Of a DNA stretch of 64,000 nucleotides, positions 17,766 through 25,530 are shown piece by piece (within the stretch, counting starts at the first letter, position 1; every line of letters begins with the position of its first letter). The stretch covers positions 174,858-238,857 of the forward strand of contig JBAXUE010000001.1 of NCBI GenBank assembly GCA_037129835.1, given 5' to 3'. The DNA comes from a bacterium (GTDB lineage: Bacteria > Patescibacteriota > CPR2 > UBA1875 > CAIMLA01). The notes under the pieces were generated by a model, which saw only the letters and a list, made by a program, of their open reading frames with translations, was not told where the DNA came from and did not search any database. The translations under genes were made by a program, and so were the position numbers.

Positions 17766-17880
17766 TCCAACAATTCAAGAACCAACTGGTTCCAATGAGA
17801 TAACAGGCAGTCCACCATAAATTTAATGGCTAATTGGAGCCATTAAATTTATATACCCAATTTTCAGTTGGAACCTTTTT
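17766..17880 (+). repeat. Intergenic structured repeat, copy a (nested inverted repeats, GTCCACCATAAATTTAATGGCT core)
   Basis: Shares CAGTCCACCATAAATTTAATGGCTA-N-GAGCCATTA...TTTATATACC-AA-TTT-CAGTTGGAACC with 25425-25530. Outer inverted repeat GTTCCAA/TTGGAAC. Inner palindrome TTTAATGGCT/AGCCATTAAA. Confidence 0.6.
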
Positions 17881-17939
17881 AGGGATAAATACAAATAATA
17901 ATTTGCCCACTAATGCTATAATTATGAAAAGGAGAAACT

Positions 17940-18320
17940 ATGAATAAAAATATAATATATGTAATTATTGCTGTCGTGATTGGAGTATTGGCTGTCGGTG
18001 GCTATTTTGTTTTTCGAAATAATGGTAATAATACGAATAACAGCCAAAAGCAAACAACAACTCCAACAGCAGCTGAAACAACTAATTCCGTTAGGATTAA
18101 GGACTTCGCCTTTAGCCCGTCAGAAATAAAAGTAAAAAAAGGTACCACTGTAACTTGGAAAAATGAAGACTCGGCAACGCATAAGATAAAGTCAGACGCC
18201 TTTGAGTCAGGTGATCTTGCAACTGGTGATACATATCAATTTAAATTCGAGAGCACGGGGACATTTAGTTATATCTGTTCCATACACCCCTCGATGAAAG
18301 GAACGGTGACTGTAGAATGA
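17940..18320 (+). CDS. Membrane-anchored type-1 copper (cupredoxin; amicyanin/plastocyanin-like) protein
   Basis: N-terminal TM, Thr-rich linker, and a cupredoxin fold with ligands H (ATHKI) and C-x2-H-x2-M (CSIHPSM), an amicyanin-type spacing. Confidence 0.6.
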   Translation: MNKNIIYVIIAVVIGVLAVGGYFVFRNNGNNTNNSQKQTTTPTAAETTNSVRIKDFAFSPSEIKVKKGTTVTWKNEDSATHKIKSDAFESGDLATGDTYQFKFESTGTFSYICSIHPSMKGTVTVE

Positions 18321-18538
18321 TAAGAGAAATTGCTACATTCCAAATCCTCGGCCTCCCTGTAGTTGTCTATGGGGGATTGGTGACATTAACAGCATTTGCC
18401 TTTACGGCATATATAGGATATACAAACAAAAGCGGCAAGGGGAAAATACCATTCAAGTGGCACTCCAGAATGGTAATAGCCTCTTTTGTCCTTGCACTTA
18501 TTCATGCATTCTTTGCTATTTCATTGTTTGTTGGATAG
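18317..18538 (+). CDS. Small two-TM membrane protein
   Basis: Two hydrophobic helices. Stop/start overlap with the upstream gene. Confidence 0.35.
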   Translation: MIREIATFQILGLPVVVYGGLVTLTAFAFTAYIGYTNKSGKGKIPFKWHSRMVIASFVLALIHAFFAISLFVG

Positions 18539-18551
18539 GAAGTGAGGTTTA

Positions 18552-18834
18552 TGTGACTAGAGTAAAAATAAGTGATTCAAACATAAGGCATTGCCGATGC
18601 CCTGGGTGTCCGGTTCAGGTTGAAAGTGATTGTGCAAATAGGATATTAAAAGAAAAAAAGGTAGATGAGAGTGCCGGTAATATAGGTGAACTTTACTGTG
18701 CTACGGGAAAATCCACTTGTAATGATCTTAATAAAAATGAAACCTGTATTTGTTCATCATGTCTTGTCTGGGATGAAAATAATCTTGGTTCAATGTATTA
18801 CTGTCTCCGTGGTAGTGCGGAAGATAATGGATAG
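18552..18834 (+). CDS. Small cysteine-rich protein (about 94 aa, about 14 Cys), possible metal-binding domain (DUF2769-like?)
   Basis: GTG start after a GGAAGTGAGG RBS. Motifs CRCPGCP, CxNDLNKNETCICSSC and YYC. Family assignment is from memory only. Confidence 0.4.
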
Positions 18835-18845
18835 AGTTTGATCTG

Positions 18846-19796
18846 ATGAATATACCCGATATTATCGAATCTTTTGGTTTCCCGGTTACTTTAGCTTTTT
18901 CAGCAAAAGGTAGAGCATTTTTTAGCGAAAGAATAACTGGTAATATTTGGGAAATAAAGGGAGACAAGATGGATCTTGTTTACAAGTTCCCAATTGTAAA
19001 TATTTCAGGGCATCACGAGACTGGGCTCATAGGAATCGCGGTGGATCCTGATTTTGACATCAGCGGTTATATATATGCTTTCTATACCTATGGTCGAGAT
19101 GAATACTCGATGAAGAATAAAGTGGTTCGATTCTTAGTTGGAAGCGGGAAAGAGGAGACGATTTTAGATAATATTCCTGCTGGCCGAATCCATAATGGCG
19201 GCATCATCGCCTTTGCTCCGGACAAAACCCTATATATCGGCGTTGGTATCGGTAACGAGGTTATGGATAGGTCTCAAGATATCGACTATCTCGGAGGTAA
19301 AGTCTTACGAATAAATAATGATGGCTCGATACCTAAAGATAACCCGTATAAGGAATCTCCGGTTTACTCCTATGGTCATAGGAATATATTTGGCCTCGCG
19401 TTTCATCCTAAAAATGGCAAACTCTTTATAAGCGAGGATGGCCCAGAAAAAAATGACGAAATAAATATTATCCAACCCGATGGAAATTACGGCTGGCCGG
19501 AGGTTACGGGAAAAGTCGGGAGTCCAAAGTTTGTAGACCCCATCATTACCTATACTCCCACTATTACTCCTACCCAATGTTGTTTTGATGAAAAGTATTT
19601 TTACTTTGGGAGCTATAATGATGGGGCAGTACATCGATTAACACTTGGTGGAAAGGATTATAATAAGGTCGAAAAGGATGAGACTGTATATCGTGGGAAA
19701 TCATTCGGGGTAATCGGGGTTTTCCATAGCCCAGATCACCAGTTTTATGTTACAACACCGAATAGAATCTCAAATTTTTCTCCAGAGGTAAGCTGA
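18846..19796 (+). CDS. Soluble quinoprotein glucose/sorbosone dehydrogenase-like beta-propeller (GSDH family)
   Basis: HNGGIIAFAPDKTLYIGVG, GGKVLRINNDGSIPKDNPY, YSYGHRNIFGLAFHP and GNYGWP, as in PQQ-dependent sugar dehydrogenases. Confidence 0.7.
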   Translation: MNIPDIIESFGFPVTLAFSAKGRAFFSERITGNIWEIKGDKMDLVYKFPIVNISGHHETGLIGIAVDPDFDISGYIYAFYTYGRDEYSMKNKVVRFLVGSGKEETILDNIPAGRIHNGGIIAFAPDKTLYIGVGIGNEVMDRSQDIDYLGGKVLRINNDGSIPKDNPYKESPVYSYGHRNIFGLAFHPKNGKLFISEDGPEKNDEINIIQPDGNYGWPEVTGKVGSPKFVDPIITYTPTITPTQCCFDEKYFYFGSYNDGAVHRLTLGGKDYNKVEKDETVYRGKSFGVIGVFHSPDHQFYVTTPNRISNFSPEVS

Positions 19797-19836
19797 TAAC
19801 TATATCTTTGAGTTCTTCCAAGCCATCAGTTCTTTA

Positions 19837-19930
19837 ACCAATAAGTTCCAACTATTTTCGAAGTAGTCCACCATTTTGACCACATCGAAAATACTTGGAA
19901 CCAAGGGGAGACACGAAAGTGTCTCTTTTG
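19837..19930 (+). repeat. Intergenic structured repeat, copy b, ending in the terminator hairpin GGAGACAC-gaaa-GTGTCTC + TTTTG
   Basis: ACCAATAAGTTCCAACTATTTTCGAAGTAGTCCACCAT shared with copies c and d. Internal inverted repeat GTTCCAACTATTTTCGA / TCGAAAATACTTGGAAC. Terminator at 19907-19930. Confidence 0.6.
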
Positions 19931-19982
19931 TATTCTAAAAGGTGTTTTTATGGGTTATTATATACTCAGGTATAGGGGGAAC

Positions 19983-22823
19983 ATGAAAATAGCTAAATTT
20001 AAACTTGCTTACCTTGGCCTTTCGGTGCTTTTGCTTATCTCAGCAACTTTTGTTGGTTTCAAATTTCTTTATAATAATTCTGCAGGTCAGCTAGCCAAGG
20101 GCTCATTTTATATTAGCCAATTTATTGACTCGAACTGGAAGGAAATCTACGACGAGTCCTTTGGGGTCGAATATCAAACTAAAACTTTTACTATTGCACC
20201 ACGTGACGGCAAGGTTCAGATACAGATAAATCAAAAGAATATTCCTTATTCGGATGTTGAATTTGTCCATTTGAATGCTTGCGGGGTGAATATTACTCCT
20301 GAATACGCAAAGTATGCGGTTACCGGTGAGAGCGTCCTAGCGGATATATCGGCCGATGATAATAACGTAATCGTCGCCCACGAGAAGCCAGTTGAAATAC
20401 TTTGGAACATGCCAATTGGTTGTACAGGCACAGCCACCATGACGATGAAGGCGAACGAGTACAGCTCAGCTGAAGCAGGAGCAATTCGCTTTCCATACTC
20501 TGGTGCTCCTAATCAGACTTATCAATTTATAAACAACGGAACCATCACCATAGACGGTAACATCAAGGAAGTTGACGGCATCGCCACTCCAAACTATTCA
20601 CCTACTTGGCTATCTGGCACTGGCCATCCTGGAGGTAGTACATATATCTATATGCAAGATGATGCAAAATACGTCTATCTTTCATATGACATCACCGGTG
20701 ATAATACCAATGAGCACGGACCTGACTGGCTCAAGATCATGGCGCTAAATACTAAAGACGGTAAAGAAAAAGAATATAAGATAAATGATGATCCAGGCCA
20801 ATACGGTCAATGTGGTTTTGGTCTGACTGGTAAAGTTTCATACAAACACCAGACATGTGAGGCAAAGATACCAAAGGCAGATCTGGTTGGTAGTCATCTC
20901 TCATTCTACTCGCTGTATTATGGAACTTTTTCAGGACCTCAGTTTAATAATTATCCTAGCGTTATAACAAGCCCATCAAATACACTGCCGGTTGTGAAGG
21001 GAATGGTATCTGACAATAGCGAAACTCCGGGAAACATCGGGGCTGTAAAATTCCGTGTCAGAGATAGAAATTCTTACTCGACCAGAGAAGAAGACAGTGG
21101 GGCATATGATGGTGTTTGCACTGCAGATGATGGAGTATTCTCTGGGTCTGAAGAGAATTTCACCTGTACTGCCACCGAAGCACTCTCTTATGGCATTAAC
21201 TATGCCTTTGATCTGGAGCTAACTCTGGAGGGCAGTAGTGTCCCGAATGCATACGGAGAGGCCGATTTTACACTCTACGATAATGATTATTCAATCGTTC
21301 ATGATTATAGCGACACCCTGGGTAGTTATCCAATTGGTCAATTTGTAAAGAATGGCAACAAGCTATACGGTGCTACAACTAGTGGTGGTGAACATGGCTA
21401 TGGCAATATATATTCGATGAACATAGACGGTACAAACATGACCAGTATTCACTCCTTTGATGGACAAGGTGATGTAGCTGGCGGTTACACAGTCAGTAAT
21501 TCCTTGGTTTTATCGGGTTCATATCTGTATGGTATGGTCCAAGGTGGAGGCGATGTCGATCAGGGCGGTGTATTCAGACTGAATGTAAACGGAAGCGACT
21601 ATTCAATGATTCACTCATTCAGCGGGTCCACCGACGGATACACCCCCTATGGTTCACTGACTGTATTAGGGAGTCGTCTGTATGGTATGAATGTCAATGG
21701 GGGAATAAATAGTCGGGGAACTATTTTTGGACTGGATATGGACGGGACCAACTTCTCGGTTATTCATAGTTTTGCAGGTCCTGAAGGTGGTAATCCTTTT
21801 AGCACCTTGATTGAGTCGGGTGGCGTTCTGTATGGTATGACAAACTCCGGTGGACTTCAGGATAATTTTGGTGTAATCTTTTCTATCTTGCCATCCGGTG
21901 CCGACTATCATATTTTACATTCATTTTCTGCATCTGATGGCTTTCAGCCGAGTGGGTCATTAACGCTCATTGGGGAAACACTGTTTGGGGCGACTCAGAG
22001 TAGCGGAGCAGAAAGTGGCAATGGGATTATCTTTAAAATCCAGAAGTCTGGGGCCGACTATTCTATCATTCATAATTTTGGCGATGATTTAAACGATGGG
22101 GACCTACCAACATATTCGTCGCTTCAGCTTTGGGGTGACAAACTATATGGAGTCACTGACATCGGGGGAGATAATAACATGGGGACAATATTCTCTATAA
22201 ATACGGATGGTACTGGCTACTCGCTGTTACATGAATTCGCTGGAGGCCCCTATGATGGTCAAACGGGTAGATTCTCGGTGCTCATTTCTAATGGCGTGCT
22301 TTACGGTACGACTTTTTATGGTGGCACATCAAGTCAGGGTGCCATGTTCAAAATGACACTTCCTGGGGCTGTCAGTAACCCAGGCAGTAGCGGTCCAGTA
22401 TTCACGAATCTACCCAGCGCTACCACGGTTATCAATATTACAGATGGTCAGACCATCACTACAAATCCCTATACTTTAAAAGTGAAGCCAACAGATGCCG
22501 ATGGTATTCAAAAGGTTGAGTTTTATATCGATAATATCCTTATCTGTACTGATACTACCGCCGATGTTGATGGCGTATATTCATGTGATTGGGATACTAG
22601 TAAATATCACTCAGATGTTAAAGTCTTGGCTTATGATACGAATGGCAATGTATCCACTGCACTAACTCGTTCGGCTACTGTGAGGCTGGCCAGTACGACT
22701 ACAGGAACATTGCCAGAGACAGGTGGTAAGAATAATCTAGGAAACATCTTATGGCTCATCGGTTTACTCGGCGTAGCGTTCGTAGGTGCTCGTTCAACAC
22801 TAAAGGATAAGGGAGGGGAATAA
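19983..22823 (+). CDS. Large sortase-anchored surface protein: signal peptide, N-terminal domain, about 8 tandem ~40-aa beta-propeller-like repeats, Ig-like domain, LPETG sorting signal
   Basis: Repeats of the form G-x-LYG-x-T-x-GG-x4-G-x-[IV]F-x-[IL]-x3-G-x3-S-[IV]-[IL]HSF (GloVer-like). C-terminal LPETGG followed by a hydrophobic segment and a basic tail (ARSTLKDKGGE). ATG at 19983 preceded by an AGGGGGAAC RBS. Confidence 0.75.
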   Translation: MKIAKFKLAYLGLSVLLLISATFVGFKFLYNNSAGQLAKGSFYISQFIDSNWKEIYDESFGVEYQTKTFTIAPRDGKVQIQINQKNIPYSDVEFVHLNACGVNITPEYAKYAVTGESVLADISADDNNVIVAHEKPVEILWNMPIGCTGTATMTMKANEYSSAEAGAIRFPYSGAPNQTYQFINNGTITIDGNIKEVDGIATPNYSPTWLSGTGHPGGSTYIYMQDDAKYVYLSYDITGDNTNEHGPDWLKIMALNTKDGKEKEYKINDDPGQYGQCGFGLTGKVSYKHQTCEAKIPKADLVGSHLSFYSLYYGTFSGPQFNNYPSVITSPSNTLPVVKGMVSDNSETPGNIGAVKFRVRDRNSYSTREEDSGAYDGVCTADDGVFSGSEENFTCTATEALSYGINYAFDLELTLEGSSVPNAYGEADFTLYDNDYSIVHDYSDTLGSYPIGQFVKNGNKLYGATTSGGEHGYGNIYSMNIDGTNMTSIHSFDGQGDVAGGYTVSNSLVLSGSYLYGMVQGGGDVDQGGVFRLNVNGSDYSMIHSFSGSTDGYTPYGSLTVLGSRLYGMNVNGGINSRGTIFGLDMDGTNFSVIHSFAGPEGGNPFSTLIESGGVLYGMTNSGGLQDNFGVIFSILPSGADYHILHSFSASDGFQPSGSLTLIGETLFGATQSSGAESGNGIIFKIQKSGADYSIIHNFGDDLNDGDLPTYSSLQLWGDKLYGVTDIGGDNNMGTIFSINTDGTGYSLLHEFAGGPYDGQTGRFSVLISNGVLYGTTFYGGTSSQGAMFKMTLPGAVSNPGSSGPVFTNLPSATTVINITDGQTITTNPYTLKVKPTDADGIQKVEFYIDNILICTDTTADVDGVYSCDWDTSKYHSDVKVLAYDTNGNVSTALTRSATVRLASTTTGTLPETGGKNNLGNILWLIGLLGVAFVGARSTLKDKGGE

Positions 22824-22828
22824 ATACT

Positions 22829-24829
22829 ATGAATTTTAATTTAAAAAAGACATTCAGCAATATTTTAGTTTTTGTTTTTATGTTTAATTTTTTAATGCCA
22901 GTAGCCCAGGCTGCAGCGCCAGTACAAAGTGTTTTTTTATACGAGCCTGGGGTTAGTCCAACCAATATTCAAATAGACTTTTATCCAAACGAATGGAGCG
23001 ATGTAATAGATTATTGGACGGTTGAATACAAAAAAAGTACCGATACTACCTGGACATCTATGCTATCCGCAAATAACGGGGGCAGCAATTGGGCGCGCAT
23101 TACCGGCTTGTTGCCGGGAACTTCATATGATATTAGGGTTTATGCGACAAACAGTGATGGACAGGGTCCATATAGTGATATTACTACAGTTTCTACCCCG
23201 TCATATGGGCCTGCTGCAGTAGATTTTTTTGGCAGTGGAAGAAACGACTATGGTGAGGATTGGACCGAGTCTAATAGCGACAATACAAATACGTCTTTTA
23301 GTAATCCTAGCGGTGTCGCCATAGACAAGAATCATCATAGGTTATTTGTTGCTGATGGTGGTGGCGATGGTGATCGTAATCATAGAATTATGGTCTTTAA
23401 TCTGGATAGTAATAATGAACCCCTGGACCACATAGCAGATGCGGCAATTTACTCTGTGGATATAGATGGTGATGAGTCGCTTTTGAGAGCGCCAAGAAAT
23501 GTCTTGTACGATAATGACAGTGACACCTTATTTATAGCTGATAGTGATAACGGTAGGATTGTGGTTGTAGATGGCTCCGAGGATCTTATTGTCGAGGGTA
23601 CAGAAGACGACCCTTGGGCTATCCCAGTGGCACAGAACATCTTGGGAGCTGGCGATTTTGATTACCCTCTTGGTATGACCCTAGACAGTGTAAATGGCAG
23701 ATTGTTTGTTGCAGAGAAAGATAAAACAAAAGGTAGTGTTTACGGCAGTGTAAACGTATTTGACGTAAGACCTGCAGGAAGTACTGCAAAAACGATGTGT
23801 GGTGTAACTACAACGGGCATCGAAGATACGACTCCTTCATGCAGCTTGTGGGCAAGTGATGCACTTAGACCTAGAGATGTTGCCTTTGATAGCGTAGGTC
23901 AAGTTCTTTATGCTGCGTATGCAGACCAAAATAGGGTTTTGTCCTTTGATGCTAGAGCTGAGGAAAGTGAAAATAAAACAATGTGTGGAGTGACTACGAC
24001 TGGACTACCCACTAGCGATACAACTGCCATGACCCCATCTTGTGTTTTGGGTCAAACAAATATGGATGATACCGATGGCGATACCACTCAAAGTGGACTA
24101 GATGTTCCCAGAGGTTTGTGGTTTGATCAAGATAACGACCGCCTGTTTGTAGCTGATTTGGGTAATAACCGCGTTCTACAGTTTAATGGTCTGTCATCTA
24201 TGACTAATGGCATGGATGCGACTGCTGTTTTTGGACAAGGGGCCTTTACACAAGACAATAGTCAAACAACTCAATATGAGCTCGATAGTCCAAATGCAGT
24301 TACTATAGACCCTATCACCAAGCGTTTATATGTTAGCGATAACCAAAACAATCGTATAATGGTCTTTGCCTTAGAGGATCCACCAGAGCCACCAGCAACC
24401 CCACCAACTTTCGTCGATTTACCTGGTACAAGCTCTGCTATTAACGTCACCGAAGGCCAAACGATTACAACCAACCCATACACCATAAAGGTAAAACCAA
24501 CAGATACTGACGGTATCAAGAAAGTCGAGTTCTATATCGATAATATTCTTATTTGTACCGATACAACAGCAGATAGTGACGGTGTCTACTCCTGTGATTG
24601 GGATACCTCGAAATACCACTCTGATATCAAAGTGCTGGCCTATGACACAAATGACAATGTATCAACAGCCCTAACTCGCTCTGCTACTGTGAGACTAGCT
24701 AGTACTACTACAGGAAAGCTTCCAGAAACTGGCGGTAATAATAATCTAGGAAACATCTTATGGCTCATCGGTTTACTCGGCGTAGCTTACGCAAGCAGAC
24801 GCCTGATGCTCAAAAAAATAAATATTTAA
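22829..24829 (+). CDS. Sortase-anchored surface protein: signal peptide, fibronectin-III-like domain, about 6 NHL-type beta-propeller repeats, Ig-like domain, LPETG sorting signal
   Basis: Signal peptide MNFNLKKTFSNILVFVFMFNFLMPVAQA. NHL-like repeats (SNPSGVAIDKNHHRLFVADGG...NHRIMVF, NNRVLQF, NNRIMVF). C-terminal 130 aa are about 90% identical to the C-terminus of the upstream gene, including LPETGG. Confidence 0.75.
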   Translation: MNFNLKKTFSNILVFVFMFNFLMPVAQAAAPVQSVFLYEPGVSPTNIQIDFYPNEWSDVIDYWTVEYKKSTDTTWTSMLSANNGGSNWARITGLLPGTSYDIRVYATNSDGQGPYSDITTVSTPSYGPAAVDFFGSGRNDYGEDWTESNSDNTNTSFSNPSGVAIDKNHHRLFVADGGGDGDRNHRIMVFNLDSNNEPLDHIADAAIYSVDIDGDESLLRAPRNVLYDNDSDTLFIADSDNGRIVVVDGSEDLIVEGTEDDPWAIPVAQNILGAGDFDYPLGMTLDSVNGRLFVAEKDKTKGSVYGSVNVFDVRPAGSTAKTMCGVTTTGIEDTTPSCSLWASDALRPRDVAFDSVGQVLYAAYADQNRVLSFDARAEESENKTMCGVTTTGLPTSDTTAMTPSCVLGQTNMDDTDGDTTQSGLDVPRGLWFDQDNDRLFVADLGNNRVLQFNGLSSMTNGMDATAVFGQGAFTQDNSQTTQYELDSPNAVTIDPITKRLYVSDNQNNRIMVFALEDPPEPPATPPTFVDLPGTSSAINVTEGQTITTNPYTIKVKPTDTDGIKKVEFYIDNILICTDTTADSDGVYSCDWDTSKYHSDIKVLAYDTNDNVSTALTRSATVRLASTTTGKLPETGGNNNLGNILWLIGLLGVAYASRRLMLKKINI

Positions 24830-25380
24830 GACTTATCCTTGCTGGGGTTGGGGTTGCTTCGCTTCTTGCTTTTGGTATTTTCTTTCCATGGAAACCATTT
24901 GCCGATAACTTGTTCAACAAGAATGGACTAAACATCACCATGTCTAAAGAAGAAGAGGGATCCTTTCAAGATTTTGGTATAGAGATACCGAAGCTTGATG
25001 TAAAAGCGCCGGTTATGGCCAACGTAAATGGTGATAATAAGTCAGAATACAACAAGTCACTGACGAAGGGACTCGCTCACTACAAGGGGACCTCTCTACC
25101 TGGCGAAAAGAGCAATATCTTTGTTTTTGGTCACTCAAGTAGCGACACAGACGGTGGACGTTACGCTAAAATATTTAGAAAACTAGACGATCTAAAAAGT
25201 GGCGATAAGATAACTGTGTATTATAAGAGCAAGAAACATGAGTACACAGTAACCGATAAGAAAGTTGTCGAGGCCGACGACCTTTCACCTCTCAACCTGA
25301 CTGATGGTGAACAGCTAACTTTGATGACCTGCTGGCCGATAGGAACCGTAGAAAAGAGATTGATAGTTATCGCGAAATAG
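24760..25380 (+). CDS. Sortase (transpeptidase), N-terminal TM anchor
   Basis: Catalytic His in IFVFGHSS, TLxTC motif LTLMTCWP, and a downstream Arg. The ATG at 24760 has an AGGAAA RBS and overlaps the last 70 nt of the upstream LPETG gene in another frame. Confidence 0.8.
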   Translation: MAHRFTRRSLRKQTPDAQKNKYLRLILAGVGVASLLAFGIFFPWKPFADNLFNKNGLNITMSKEEEGSFQDFGIEIPKLDVKAPVMANVNGDNKSEYNKSLTKGLAHYKGTSLPGEKSNIFVFGHSSSDTDGGRYAKIFRKLDDLKSGDKITVYYKSKKHEYTVTDKKVVEADDLSPLNLTDGEQLTLMTCWPIGTVEKRLIVIAK

Positions 25381-25424
25381 CATCTATTCTAGACTGATTC
25401 AGCACTTTCCAGGCGAGTAATTCC

Positions 25425-25530
25425 TTTACCAACAAGTTCCAACTATTTTCGACGCAGTCCACCATAAATTTAATGGCTATTTAGAGCCATTATTTTTATA
25501 TACCAAATTTACAGTTGGAACCTTTGAGCG
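25425..25530 (+). repeat. Intergenic structured repeat, copy c
   Basis: Near-identical to copy a over CAGTCCACCATAAATTTAATGGCTA and TATATACCAAATTTACAGTTGGAACCTTT. Confidence 0.6.

Noticed and set aside
18457-18551. Track start (ATG 18457) of the Cys-rich ORF overlapping the preceding small membrane gene
   Set aside because: It overlaps 80 nt of the upstream gene in another frame. The GTG at 18552 with a GGAAGTGAGG RBS gives a compact Cys-rich protein.
21300-22350. Regularly spaced ~120-nt repeats that could superficially suggest a CRISPR array
   Set aside because: They are in-frame protein repeats (the LYG..GG..G.F propeller blades) inside one long ORF. Spacing is not constant at nucleotide level, and no repeat-spacer architecture or cas genes are present.
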